Positions 20,254-30,654 are shown, counted from the stretch's first letter. The stretch is 64,000 bases of DNA from Minisyncoccota bacterium (GCA_041663005.1 JBAZRK010000001.1:157360-221359); one strand, 5' to 3'. Program-made: numbers and translations. Notes: generated by a model from the letters alone, not told the origin.

Positions 20254-22191
20254 TTACAGCAGATCTTCTGGATCTACGAACACGTCAAAGGTGGGTGCAA
20301 GCGAAGCGAGCTTATGATATAGGTTTTCGTCGATACTGCCTCCGAGCGAGAGCGCCGGCAGGGACCATTGCTTAGCAGCAAGCTTGATCAGGGCATTGGT
20401 GGCGTACTTGCCGTGGAGTTTGGCTACGAAACCCGAGAAGATGTCTGGGTTGTATACTCCAAAGGACTCCTGGATAAATTTTCTCGCTCTTAACATTTCA
20501 TCCCTGTCACCCAGGTGAGATATTTTAATAAACCGTGCGTATGGCGGATATTCGAGTTTTTGTCTGTCAGCTAACTCCTCACGCACGAAGCCGAGTAAAT
20601 TGCCGGACTTTATAGCCAGGACACTAGGATCAGTGGGATTCTTTGTTTCGAGTACAAGCTTTTCTGTTGTAATTTGGGTCATTTTAAGGGCGATTTGGAT
20701 GACCTTCTCGCTCATTTTGTAATTTGGAATACTCCACAGGGAGTCGAACGAAGCCACTACGGACAGAGGAATTTTATTCTTGAGGTAAAAGAATGCCATC
20801 TCTGTGCCTATGAGCACTGACCCCTCTTCATTCTCAAATTCCTGGGCAATTTTTTCTGCACCCTTGGCACTCTTTGCCGACTCCTTGTCGAGTTGAAAAA
20901 TTTTCACTTTTGGAAATACATTTTTGATTTCTTCAAATACGGTGTCTGTGCCGATACCGAGCGGCATCAAATTCCAACCGCCGCATCTGTCGCAAGTTTT
21001 CTCAGCGCCCCAGTCGCGCTCACAGCGATTACAGACGAACATTCGTTTCTTGCTTTTGGAAGTTGTATAAAGGACCAATGGCGATGAGCAATCTGGGCAA
21101 CCCAGAGTATCACCGCAATCTCTACACACGGTCTGCATAGCCAGCCCTTTTCGTAAAGCGAAAATGAAGACGTTTTTCTTGTTTCCCAGTGCATATTTTA
21201 TAAGCTCAAGGCATTCCTTTGAAAATATTTTAAATTCTCCCGTAACTTCTCTTTGACCTCGTTCTTTAACTTCGATTTCTCCAGGGAAATCAACACGGAA
21301 TGATAATGGGTAGAGTGGGTGCAGATGATCCTCCTCCTTACGTGCAATGGTTTCAAAGCGGAGCATTTCGTCGGCGAGAATAAACTTGGCACCGATTTTC
21401 GAAGCATAAATCTCAACAAAAACCCTTAGGTCCAAGTAAGGTCTTTTTATGGTCTTGTAAGCGCTCGAGCTTTCGTGTTCGAGTATGATGGTACCGATGT
21501 CGCTCTGAGGCATTGCCAGGAAGCGAGGTGTGGCAACAATAAGAGCAGGATGTTTGGAAGTAGCCAACAATTCGTAATTTTTAAAATTCTTTTTAGCATT
21601 AATTCCGCCGTGGAAGGCGAAAGTAAATCGCTCGATGCCTTTGCTCAATAATGTTGCAAATTTATTTACGTCCGATTCCGTGGGTAATACCAGGAAAATG
21701 GATTTACCACGAGCAAATGATTCGCGAATAATAGTTTTATAAATTGAAATACGGTCGGGTAAAGGGTATTGAAAAAGTAATTTTTCAGAGCGGAGATTAG
21801 TGTTTGGGGTCGGAGGCATATCATTGCTTTCCTGCTCAATGCCCACGAGCTTGTCGTATTCCTGGATAAAAATCGCGGGGATCATTGCCGGAATAGCGGC
21901 GTTCGGACTTAGGGCAAAATATTTAGAAGTTTCGGAAGCGGCCTCCAGGAACTCTCTACTAAAAATAGAAGGCCCTTTATCCTGGGCGATCTTTTTTAGA
22001 TTGAAATTCATATTTTTTATCCCGCTTTTCGCTTCACCTAAATCGTCCGAAGTAAGCACCAATGCTAGGACCTTTTTTTGTCGGATGGGAACGGAAACCA
22101 CGTGGCCGACCTGAACCGGTAGGCTGGTGAAATAGGTTAAATGACCTTTCGGGATGCCTTTTTTTAGAGGTATGACGGATAATATTTTCAT
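20254..22191 (-). CDS. priA: Primosomal protein N' with degenerate helicase motifs
   Basis: N-terminal LTYF/VSVP domain, four CxxC Zn motifs, GIGTD, LIGTE, YPPY. Confidence 0.82.
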   Translation of the reverse strand: MKILSVIPLKKGIPKGHLTYFTSLPVQVGHVVSVPIRQKKVLALVLTSDDLGEAKSGIKNMNFNLKKIAQDKGPSIFSREFLEAASETSKYFALSPNAAIPAMIPAIFIQEYDKLVGIEQESNDMPPTPNTNLRSEKLLFQYPLPDRISIYKTIIRESFARGKSIFLVLPTESDVNKFATLLSKGIERFTFAFHGGINAKKNFKNYELLATSKHPALIVATPRFLAMPQSDIGTIILEHESSSAYKTIKRPYLDLRVFVEIYASKIGAKFILADEMLRFETIARKEEDHLHPLYPLSFRVDFPGEIEVKERGQREVTGEFKIFSKECLELIKYALGNKKNVFIFALRKGLAMQTVCRDCGDTLGCPDCSSPLVLYTTSKSKKRMFVCNRCERDWGAEKTCDRCGGWNLMPLGIGTDTVFEEIKNVFPKVKIFQLDKESAKSAKGAEKIAQEFENEEGSVLIGTEMAFFYLKNKIPLSVVASFDSLWSIPNYKMSEKVIQIALKMTQITTEKLVLETKNPTDPSVLAIKSGNLLGFVREELADRQKLEYPPYARFIKISHLGDRDEMLRARKFIQESFGVYNPDIFSGFVAKLHGKYATNALIKLAAKQWSLPALSLGGSIDENLYHKLASLAPTFDVFVDPEDLL

Positions 22192-22225
22192 TTTTTTTCA
22201 ATTTCATTCTAGCATAAAAGTGTGG

Positions 22226-22301
22226 TATACCCCCACACCTATTTTTATTTGAATTTTTATACCACATAGTTTTCTTGATTTTAAATAGGTGTGGGGGTAT
22301 A
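22226..22301. mobile_element. MITE-like hairpin element (family B) carrying the mreB -35 box
   Basis: 19-bp perfect inverted repeats tatacccccacacctattt/aaataggtgtgggggtata; internal TTGATT-N17-TATATT-N6-ATG. Confidence 0.7.
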
Positions 22302-22309
22302 TTGCCCCT

Positions 22310-23323
22310 ATGGGAATATTTTCAAGAAAACTCGGTATCGATCTTGGTACGGCAAACACGCTCGTTTTTGCTCCCGGAAAAGGTGTGGTTTTAAATGAGC
22401 CCTCGGTGGTGGCAGTTTCAGAGCAAGATAACAAAGTTTTAGCCATTGGCTTTGAAGCCAAGGATATGATTGGTAAAACTCCGGAGTCTATTATTACCTA
22501 TTGTCCAATGAAAGACGGAGTGATAGCAGATTACAGAGTGACCGAAGCAATGCTCCGATATTTCATTAGTAAGGCGATGGGGAAGTGGAGCTTCTTTAAA
22601 CCTGATGTGATGGTGTCTGTGCCTGCAGGAGTCACCTCAACCGAACGCCGAGCTGTCGTTGAGGCTGCTATTCGTGCCGGCGCCAAGAATGCTTACGTTG
22701 TGAAAGAGCCTATACTCGCGGCCATAGGCGCAGGTATTCCTATTTATGAATCAAAGGGTTATATGATAGTCGATATTGGTGGAGGCACTACAGACGTAGC
22801 TGTGATTTCATTGGGAGGAATCGTGGCCTCGACTTCGGTAAAATGCGCCGGCAACAAAATTGACGCTGCGATAGCGGACTATATTAAAAAAACTTTTAAC
22901 CTAGCTATTGGAGACAGGACTGCAGAAGAAGTGAAGATAAGAATAGGTGCAGCGGTGCCGCTTGAAGAAGAGTTAAGAGTTACAATCAAGGGCCGAGACT
23001 TCATCCAAGGTTTGCCTAGGTCTGCTCAAGTAGGCTCTAACGAAATAGTGAAGGCTATCGACGCCGAACTAAAACAAGTGATTAAGGCTATTAAAGATGT
23101 TCTACAGGAAACTCCTCCCGAACTCGCGTCCGACATTATCGACCACGGCATAATTATGACCGGTGGTTCTTCACAACTTCGCAATTTTACAGACTTGGTA
23201 TACAGGAAGACTGGTGTCAAAGCGGCTATTGCCGAGGACCCGCTCTTCTGTGTCGTTAAAGGTACCGGAATCGCACTGGAGCATTTGGATGTTTACAAAA
23301 AGACTGTTTTAAGTAAAAAATAA
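22310..23323 (+). CDS. mreB: Rod shape-determining actin-like protein
   Basis: GIDLGTANT, VDIGGGTTD, TGGSS; start ATG 22310. Confidence 0.96.
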   Translation: MGIFSRKLGIDLGTANTLVFAPGKGVVLNEPSVVAVSEQDNKVLAIGFEAKDMIGKTPESIITYCPMKDGVIADYRVTEAMLRYFISKAMGKWSFFKPDVMVSVPAGVTSTERRAVVEAAIRAGAKNAYVVKEPILAAIGAGIPIYESKGYMIVDIGGGTTDVAVISLGGIVASTSVKCAGNKIDAAIADYIKKTFNLAIGDRTAEEVKIRIGAAVPLEEELRVTIKGRDFIQGLPRSAQVGSNEIVKAIDAELKQVIKAIKDVLQETPPELASDIIDHGIIMTGGSSQLRNFTDLVYRKTGVKAAIAEDPLFCVVKGTGIALEHLDVYKKTVLSKK

Positions 23324-24024
23324 TGCTTGCGGACCATTTAAATAAAGATAACCTACATCACGCTTATCTGATTGAGGGGGAGCGGGAGAGCGTAATGAGT
23401 GAGCTACTTGAATTTTTTGAAAATTCTAAAATTAACACGTCCGGCAACTCTGATTTCATCAATATTCACGTTGATTCGTTTAAAATGGACGATGCCCGAA
23501 ATTTGAAGGTTCACGAACGGGAGAAAAGCTTTTCTGACAACAAAAAAATATTTATAATCTCGGCCAACTCCATACTGCTCGAGGCGCAAAATACATTACT
23601 TAAACTTTTCGAAGAGCCAATACCCCAAACCCATTTTTTTGTAATTGTACCCGATACAAATGCGCTCCTGAGAACCCTCGTTTCGAGATTTCAAGTGATT
23701 TCTGCGAGGAATTATTCCAGCATACCAAATTTTGATACTGACAGGTTTCTGGCGATGACTAAGCCACAGCGTCTAGAGTACTTAAAAGCATTTTTAAAAG
23801 AACCAGAAGAAAGTGAAGAGGTTGTACTAGTTGGTGCTCGCGCCCAAGCGCTTAATTTTCTGAATTCGCTTGAGCTTACCCTTCACAACAAGATGCCGAA
23901 GGCGCATCTCGATTCCGAGTCCTTCGAGCAAATCTTTCAAGTTAGGAAATTCCTAAGAATGCCGGGATCCTCAGTTAAAAATTTAATGGAGTCTGTCGCT
24001 TTGACGGTTCCTATGATAGAATAA
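23323..24024 (+). CDS. holB: DNA polymerase III delta-prime-like clamp loader subunit
   Basis: LHHAYLIEG, EAQNTLLKLFEEP, TLVSRF. Confidence 0.75.
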   Translation: MLADHLNKDNLHHAYLIEGERESVMSELLEFFENSKINTSGNSDFINIHVDSFKMDDARNLKVHEREKSFSDNKKIFIISANSILLEAQNTLLKLFEEPIPQTHFFVIVPDTNALLRTLVSRFQVISARNYSSIPNFDTDRFLAMTKPQRLEYLKAFLKEPEESEEVVLVGARAQALNFLNSLELTLHNKMPKAHLDSESFEQIFQVRKFLRMPGSSVKNLMESVALTVPMIE

Positions 24025-24028
24025 ACTT

Positions 24029-24580
24029 ATGCCATACAATTTTTCAAACATTAAAGCCGAGCTTAAGAAAATCGAAGAGTTTCTAGGTAAGGAATACGGC
24101 CAGCTTAACATTGGACGAGCTTCCCCTAGCATCCTAGATGGAATATCCGTTGAATCCTACGGTTCGTATGTACCGCTCAAGAACATAGCCTCTGTCTCAA
24201 TTGAAGATCCGAAGACCCTGCGCATTGCGCCGTGGGACAAGGCCCAGGTAAAAAGCATCGAGAAGGCTATCGTGGGTGCCAACATTGGTCTCTCTGTTGC
24301 CACAGACGACCAAGGCCTCAGGGTTATTTTCCCCCAGCTGACTACGGAGTCCAGGGAATCCTTGGTGAAAGTTTTGAGAGAGAAATTGGAAGAATCTAGA
24401 ATTGCCGTACGTCGAGAGCGCGAGCGAGTCTGGGACGACATTCAAGCACAAGAAAAAGCCGGCTCGATGACTGAAGATGACAAATTCCGTGGTAAGGATG
24501 ATTTGCAGAAGATTGTGGACGAAGCCAATAAAAATTTAGAAGCAACTTTCGGAAGGAAGGAGAAGGAAGTGATGGGGTAG
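24029..24580 (+). CDS. frr: Ribosome recycling factor
   Basis: GRASPSILD, IAPWDK, IEKAI, RIAVRRER. Confidence 0.95.
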   Translation: MPYNFSNIKAELKKIEEFLGKEYGQLNIGRASPSILDGISVESYGSYVPLKNIASVSIEDPKTLRIAPWDKAQVKSIEKAIVGANIGLSVATDDQGLRVIFPQLTTESRESLVKVLREKLEESRIAVRRERERVWDDIQAQEKAGSMTEDDKFRGKDDLQKIVDEANKNLEATFGRKEKEVMG

Positions 24581-24586
24581 AGAAAT

Positions 24587-25687
24587 ATGAGCATACTGAT
24601 TTTCATAATTATACTTTTGGTTTTAGTTTTGGTCCATGAATTTGGGCATTTTTTTACTGCGAAAAAGTTCGGTATTCGAGTGGACGAATTCGGTTTCGGC
24701 TTCCCGCCGAAATTATTTGGGAAAAAATTCGGTGAGACTGAATATACTGTTAACCTTCTGCCCCTAGGAGGCTTCGTGAGAATTTTCGGCGAGACCCCAG
24801 ACGAAGAAAGTGTGAACGGCCCAGACGCCTTGAGAAGCTTTATAAATAAAGCTAGATGGAAGCAAGCCATCGTACTTGTGGCCGGTGTATTTATGAATTT
24901 TCTTTTAGCTTGGCTACTTTTCTCTCTTGCTTTCATTTCCGGACGTCCAACGTCCGTCAGGCAAGGTGAGCTGGCAGGCTATGAATTGCAAGATGTAAAC
25001 CTGGTGATAGTTTCTATCGTCGCAGACTCACCCGCAGCAGAAGCTGGGTTAAAGCCCGGAGATAAAATCCTTGCAATTGGCAAAGGCGAAGAAATTGTTT
25101 CAGAAGTTACCCCGGTAGCCTTGCAGTCCTTCGTTGCTAAAAGCGAAGGGAAAGAAATTTTCGTAAATTACCAACGTGGAGATAGTGCAGAAACTGTGCA
25201 GGCGCGTATCTTACCTAAAGTGCAGAATGGTACGCCGATAATTGGCATAGCGATGGACGAAGTGGGGACTGCCAAGATGGGTTTCTTCAAGTCCTTTGCT
25301 GAAGGATTTACTTTGACTCGGCTTGTGACGCAAGAAACAGCTATGGGGCTCTACAAACTCATTAAAGATGGATTAACCGGCGCCGGAAGCTTGGAGTCCA
25401 TAACCGGGCCCGTTGGGCTTGTGGGTGTCGTTGGTGACGCGTACCAATTCGGATTCGCGTACCTTATCTCCTTCGCTGCCTTGATTTCAATAAACCTGGG
25501 AATAATAAATTTATTGCCTTTCCCGGCGCTAGACGGTGGGCGGTTACTTTTTCTCCTAATTGAAAAAATAAAAGGCTCGCGGATGAATTTAAAGATGGTC
25601 AACGCCGCCAACTCTATCGGTTTCATAATTTTGATACTCTTAATGCTCCTGGTTACCTACAACGATATTGCAAAAATATTGTCTTAG
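24587..25687 (+). CDS. rseP: RIP zinc metalloprotease with PDZ domain
   Basis: HEFGH, PLGGFV, PDZ domain, NLLPFPALDGG. Confidence 0.94.
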   Translation: MSILIFIIILLVLVLVHEFGHFFTAKKFGIRVDEFGFGFPPKLFGKKFGETEYTVNLLPLGGFVRIFGETPDEESVNGPDALRSFINKARWKQAIVLVAGVFMNFLLAWLLFSLAFISGRPTSVRQGELAGYELQDVNLVIVSIVADSPAAEAGLKPGDKILAIGKGEEIVSEVTPVALQSFVAKSEGKEIFVNYQRGDSAETVQARILPKVQNGTPIIGIAMDEVGTAKMGFFKSFAEGFTLTRLVTQETAMGLYKLIKDGLTGAGSLESITGPVGLVGVVGDAYQFGFAYLISFAALISINLGIINLLPFPALDGGRLLFLLIEKIKGSRMNLKMVNAANSIGFIILILLMLLVTYNDIAKILS

Positions 25688-25688
25688 T

Positions 25689-27389
25689 ATGGAAGAGAAA
25701 AATTGTCAAAACTGCAAAAAAAATTTCACTATCGAGGTGGACGACTTTGGGTTTTATGAAAAAATAAAAGTACCGCCGCCAACTTTTTGCCCTGAGTGCA
25801 GATTTGTGAGAAGGTTGGCTACTATGAATGACAGGTTTTTTTATAAGCGCAAATGTGATCTAACGGGCAAGGAAATTTTCAGTATTTACCCAGAAGGTAC
25901 AGAATTTCCGGTATACGAAACGGATGCCTGGTATTCGGATGCGTGGGATCCGTATAAGTATGGTATGGAATACGATTTCTCTCGACCTTTTTTTGAACAG
26001 TTTAAGGAATTGCACGGCAAAGTTCCTCGGCTCGCACTGACCAAGCAGGGTATGTCCATAAACAGTCCCTACACACATCGAGTGCATGATATGAAGAATT
26101 GTTATATGTTATGTCGGGCTACAAAATGCTCAGATTCATTTTATTCATATATCGTTGAAAATATAACAAATTCTTCTGACTGCGCCTGGTCTAGTAGCTG
26201 CGAACTTTGTTATGAGTGTGTAAACTGCGAACATTGTTATAACACCAGGTTTGCACGAGATAGTAGTAATTGTCGAGATTCTTTCTTTTTATATGCTTGT
26301 CGCAACTGCTCTAATTGCGTGGGGTGTGTTAACTTAGTAAACAAGGAATACTGCATTTGGAACGTACAGTACACAAAAGAAGAATATTTAAAAAAAATTG
26401 AAGAGTTAGAATTAAACAGTTTTCCCGGACTTGAGAAATTAAAAATTGAATTTGAAGCATTTCGTAAGAAATTCCCACAAAAGTCCATTACTTCCCTAAA
26501 GTCGAGTGAAGTTTCAGGAAACTGTTTTTCTAATTGCAAAAATGTACATAATTCATTTGATTGTATAAACGTGAAAGATGGTAAGTATCTTTGTTCCATT
26601 TTTGACGCGCAGGACTGTATGGATTATTTCGAATGGGGGAATGGCTCTGAATTGATTTATGAGTCGGAGAATTGTGGAATAGGATCTTCCAGAATATCTT
26701 TTAGCGCACAGTGCTGGATGGGAGCACACGATTTGTTGTATTGCGATTCTTGTCCAAGCACAAGCTACTCCTTGGGTTGTATCGGACTAAAGAAAGGTCA
26801 GTATTCAATTCTAAATAAAAAATATACAAAAGAAGAATATGAGGAGCTGTTACCTAAGGTCATTGAACATATGAAAGCAATGCCTTACGTAGATAGCAAG
26901 GGAATAGAATACAAATTCGGAGAACATTTTCCTGTGTCAATTTTTAACCACGCCTATAATGAAACAATTGCTTGCGACTTTTTTCCTTTAACTAAGGATG
27001 AGGTGGTTGCAAAGGGCTACAAATGGCAAGATCGTGAAAAACGAAACTACGAAATTACAATTGAAAGTTCTCAATTGTCAGATACTATAGATGAGGTAGA
27101 GGATTCAATTTTAAATGAGGTTATCGGCTGTGCAGAAAAAGATAGTCCGGCTTCAGTCGGGGCTTACCTTATAACACAAGGGGAATTGTCATTTTATCGA
27201 AGGATGGACCTGCCATTGCCACGGGTGAGCTTCGACGTTCGGCATATAAATCGTTTTGCACAGCGACCGGGCTTCACAATCCAGAAACGAAAGTGCGATA
27301 AGTGTAACATTGAAATTGAGACTGTTTACAGCGAAGCATTTTCGCCTATTATTTATTGTGAAGAGTGTTATAAACGAGAAGTATATTAA
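25689..27389 (+). CDS. Cys-rich CPR-type hypothetical protein with terminal Zn-ribbon motifs
   Basis: CQNC, PTFCPECR, repeated CxxC units, C-terminal CDKC...YCEECY. Confidence 0.75.
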   Translation: MEEKNCQNCKKNFTIEVDDFGFYEKIKVPPPTFCPECRFVRRLATMNDRFFYKRKCDLTGKEIFSIYPEGTEFPVYETDAWYSDAWDPYKYGMEYDFSRPFFEQFKELHGKVPRLALTKQGMSINSPYTHRVHDMKNCYMLCRATKCSDSFYSYIVENITNSSDCAWSSSCELCYECVNCEHCYNTRFARDSSNCRDSFFLYACRNCSNCVGCVNLVNKEYCIWNVQYTKEEYLKKIEELELNSFPGLEKLKIEFEAFRKKFPQKSITSLKSSEVSGNCFSNCKNVHNSFDCINVKDGKYLCSIFDAQDCMDYFEWGNGSELIYESENCGIGSSRISFSAQCWMGAHDLLYCDSCPSTSYSLGCIGLKKGQYSILNKKYTKEEYEELLPKVIEHMKAMPYVDSKGIEYKFGEHFPVSIFNHAYNETIACDFFPLTKDEVVAKGYKWQDREKRNYEITIESSQLSDTIDEVEDSILNEVIGCAEKDSPASVGAYLITQGELSFYRRMDLPLPRVSFDVRHINRFAQRPGFTIQKRKCDKCNIEIETVYSEAFSPIIYCEECYKREVY

Positions 27390-27390
27390 T

Positions 27391-28143
27391 ATGAAAACAA
27401 AACACATTCGACGAGCTCAGTGCAGGTTATTACACGAGATACGTGCGGTGAAGACCAAGAAAGAGCTTGCAAATTTGGTAAAGGCGCAACGGATAAGTGA
27501 GAGGGTTTTAGCCGATGCTGTAAAAAATTTGAAATCTGGAATAACAGAACTAGAAACTGCAAATTTTATCAAAAAAGCATTTGTAAGATACGGTGCTCCA
27601 ATTTTATCTTTCCCGCCGATTGTTGCTTTCGGGAAAAACTCGGCAAACATTCATCACGAACCCAATAAAACAAAATTGAAAGTAGGGGATAACGTTATGT
27701 TTGATATTGGAACAAGCATAAATCATTACTGCTCCGATATGACCCGTACATATTTCTGGGGCGAACCAAACGCTAAGCAGAAGAAAGTTTATTTAGATGT
27801 TTTAAAAGCGCAGGAGCTCGCTGTTAAGAAATTGGAAAAAGGAGAACGAAGGGCATGGATCATAGATAAAACTGCTCGAGAATTTTTGGCAAAAAAGTAT
27901 AAAAATAATTTCAAACATGGACTCGGACACGGTGTGGGTACTGTAATCCATGAGTGGCCGAACTTTAAGCCAAAGAGTGAAGATATAATTCCTACTGGCT
28001 GCGTTATGACGGTAGAGCCCGGGATATACCTTAAGGGCTTCAGTGGGGTGCGCATAGAAGATATGTACCTCATCACTAAAAAGGGCGTCAAAAGCCTCAC
28101 CAAGCCCCCTAAAAGCCTCAAGGATGCGATTTTGAATAAGTAA
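27391..28143 (+). CDS. M24 family Xaa-Pro peptidase (catalytic domain only)
   Basis: IHHEP, YCSDMTRT, HGLGHGVG..IHE, TVEPGIY, GVRIED. Confidence 0.88.
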   Translation: MKTKHIRRAQCRLLHEIRAVKTKKELANLVKAQRISERVLADAVKNLKSGITELETANFIKKAFVRYGAPILSFPPIVAFGKNSANIHHEPNKTKLKVGDNVMFDIGTSINHYCSDMTRTYFWGEPNAKQKKVYLDVLKAQELAVKKLEKGERRAWIIDKTAREFLAKKYKNNFKHGLGHGVGTVIHEWPNFKPKSEDIIPTGCVMTVEPGIYLKGFSGVRIEDMYLITKKGVKSLTKPPKSLKDAILNK

Positions 28144-28158
28144 TGTATAATTAGGCCT

Positions 28159-29220
28159 ATGGCTAAAAAACGGTTAAAAATAGGGGTTCTTTTCGGGGGC
28201 AAATCCGCGGAGCACGAAGTGTCGCTTCAGTCAGCGCAGAACGTCATCGTGAGCCTAGATAAAAATAAATACGAGGTTATTCCTATTGGCATTACGAAGG
28301 AAGGCAAGTGGCTACTGAGCAACACTTCCAATTACCTTTTAAATGCAAATAATCCAAAATTAATTAAATTAAATAATTCGAATAGAAAGATTGTTCCCCT
28401 AAATGATGAAGTTAGAATCAAAGAAAAAATTGATGTAATTTTCCCCGTGATGCACGGACCGTTCGGCGAAGATGGCTCAATGCAAGGTTTGCTCAAACTC
28501 GCAGGAGTGCCGTTTGTTGGTGCAGGGGTTTTGGGCTCTGCAGTAGGAATGGACAAGGATGTGATGAAGCGCCTTTTGCGAGACGCGAGATTGCCCGTGG
28601 GGGAATTTGTCGCGCTTAAGTTCGGGGAGAAGGTAAGTTTTGGAAAAATTAAAAAATTACTGGGCTTACCGGTTTTTGTAAAGCCGGCGAACATGGGCTC
28701 CTCCGTGGGGGTCAGTAAAGCCAGGAATGAGAAGGAGTTCGCGAAGGCTGTAAGCGAAGCATTTAAATATGATACGAAAATAATTATCGAGAAATTTATT
28801 AATGGCAGAGAAATTGAGTGCGCCGTGCTTGGCAACGACACACCCGTAGCGTCAGTACCAGGCGAGATAATTGCCAATCAGGAATTCTATTCGTATGACG
28901 CGAAATATATAGACCAAGGTTCAGTGGCGGAAATTCCAGCTAAATTAGACAAGAAAACCGAGAAGAAAATTCGAGAGCTTGCCGTGCAAACTTTCAAGGC
29001 TCTCAATTGTGAAGGCATGGGGCGAGTGGACTTTTTCCTAACCAAAACTGGAAAAGTGTATGTGAATGAAATAAACACTATTCCGGGATTTACTGATATC
29101 AGTATGTATCCTAAGCTCTGGGAAGCCTCAGGTATACCTCAATCCAAGCTCCTCGACATACTCATAAACCTCGCCCTTGAACGTTTTAATAAGGAGAAGA
29201 AATTAAAAACTACAGTGTAA
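28159..29220 (+). CDS. ddl: D-alanine--D-alanine ligase
   Basis: FGGKSAEHEVS, HGPFGEDG, GSSVG, FYSYDAKY, NEINTIPG. Confidence 0.96.
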   Translation: MAKKRLKIGVLFGGKSAEHEVSLQSAQNVIVSLDKNKYEVIPIGITKEGKWLLSNTSNYLLNANNPKLIKLNNSNRKIVPLNDEVRIKEKIDVIFPVMHGPFGEDGSMQGLLKLAGVPFVGAGVLGSAVGMDKDVMKRLLRDARLPVGEFVALKFGEKVSFGKIKKLLGLPVFVKPANMGSSVGVSKARNEKEFAKAVSEAFKYDTKIIIEKFINGREIECAVLGNDTPVASVPGEIIANQEFYSYDAKYIDQGSVAEIPAKLDKKTEKKIRELAVQTFKALNCEGMGRVDFFLTKTGKVYVNEINTIPGFTDISMYPKLWEASGIPQSKLLDILINLALERFNKEKKLKTTV

Positions 29221-29252
29221 CCTCATCTACGCCATAGCGTAGGTTGATATTT

Positions 29253-30389
29253 ATGGCAACAACTCTTCCGCTTTCATATATAGAACTATCTCAGAAAAAT
29301 CTGGTTCACAACGTAGAGCAGTTTAGAAAATTTTTAAAGAAAGGTACAAAAATTGCTGCGGTAGTAAAAGGAAATGCTTATGGGCACGGGCAAAACGAAG
29401 TAGCTAAGATTTTGGAACCCTACATAGATTACTTCCAAGTTGATGATATTGAGGAACTAAATACGTTACGAAAAATAAGCAGAAAAAGGACACTAGTTTT
29501 TGGATACGTACAAAAACATGATTTAAGACGAGCAAACAAACTCGGCTGTATCTTGTCAGTTTTCTCTATAGAGGAGTTGTTAAACGTCTCTGCTGTGGCA
29601 GAAAACTTAAGAAGAGTTCAAGAGATACATCTACCTATAGACGCACACCTTGGACGAGAAGGTTTTCTGTTGAAAGATTTACCACAAGTTTTAATGCAAA
29701 TTAAAAAGTTAAACTACATCAAACTTACTGGAATATATGCGCATTTTGCAAATATTGAAGACACGACGGATTTCTCTCATGCGCAAAAGCAAATAAACGA
29801 ATACAAAAAGGCCGTTAAGTTGGCAGAACATTACGGCTTCAGGAATTTACAAACTCATATCTCAGCTACGTCGGGGATTTTAGCTTATGAAAAATCTAAA
29901 GGGATTCATCCTATTGTACGCTTAGGAATTGGCCTGTACGGAATGTGGCCATCGGAAAATTTAGAGAAAATGTATAAACGCAAGCTTAAATTAAGACCTG
30001 TTTTAACTTGGAAAACTAAAGTTGCAGAGATAAAAACCTTACCAAAAGGGAGCACTATTGGCTATGGGCTTACTTATAAAACCAAAAAAGTGACTAAGAT
30101 AGCGCTCATTCCACAAGGGTATTCGGATGGAATAAATCGCAAACTTTCTAACTTAGGGCATGTTTTAATAAAAGGTACGAGATGTAAAATTCTAGGAAGA
30201 GTGATGATGAATATGTTTTCAGTAGATGTTTCTCATATACACAATGTAAAGATAGAAGATGAAGTTGTAATTTTAGGTAGGCAACGGAAAGAAGAAATTA
30301 CTGCCGAAGAGATTGCTGAAAAACTCGATACTATAAATTATGAAATAGGGACCAAAATAAGTCCTATTTTACCAAGAGTTATTATTTAG
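29253..30389 (+). CDS. alr: Alanine racemase
   Basis: AVVKGNAYGHG PLP lysine, RLGIGLYG, IGYG, GYSDG, TINYE. Confidence 0.95.
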   Translation: MATTLPLSYIELSQKNLVHNVEQFRKFLKKGTKIAAVVKGNAYGHGQNEVAKILEPYIDYFQVDDIEELNTLRKISRKRTLVFGYVQKHDLRRANKLGCILSVFSIEELLNVSAVAENLRRVQEIHLPIDAHLGREGFLLKDLPQVLMQIKKLNYIKLTGIYAHFANIEDTTDFSHAQKQINEYKKAVKLAEHYGFRNLQTHISATSGILAYEKSKGIHPIVRLGIGLYGMWPSENLEKMYKRKLKLRPVLTWKTKVAEIKTLPKGSTIGYGLTYKTKKVTKIALIPQGYSDGINRKLSNLGHVLIKGTRCKILGRVMMNMFSVDVSHIHNVKIEDEVVILGRQRKEEITAEEIAEKLDTINYEIGTKISPILPRVII

Positions 30390-30431
30390 CTAACTGTTGC
30401 GTTTTTGGGGAATTTATATTAATATATCGCT

Positions 30432-30590
30432 ATGTCACAAGATAGACTTATAAAACTTGGCTGCGGGACTTGCAAGCGCATAAACTACTGGTCTAGCAAG
30501 AACAAAAAGCTGGTAACCAAGAAAATTGAGCTTTTGAAATACTGCAAATGGTGCAAGAAAAAGACCAAGCATAAAGAGGTTAAAAAGTAG
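30432..30590 (+). CDS. rpmG: 50S ribosomal protein L33 (52 aa; absent from the ORF track)
   Basis: MSQDRLIKLGCGTCKRINYWSSKNKKLVTKKIELLKYCKWCKKKTKHKEVKK; two CxxC. Confidence 0.93.
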   Translation: MSQDRLIKLGCGTCKRINYWSSKNKKLVTKKIELLKYCKWCKKKTKHKEVKK

Positions 30591-30610
30591 ATTTTAAAGC
30601 TTAAATTTGC

Positions 30611-30646
30611 TAAACTAAAGACGGCTTAGGGTCGTTTTTTAGTTTA
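30611..30646 (+). terminator. Intrinsic terminator after rpmG
   Basis: taaactaaagacggc-ttagg-gtcgttttttagttta. Confidence 0.6.
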
Positions 30647-30654
30647 TAATATAA

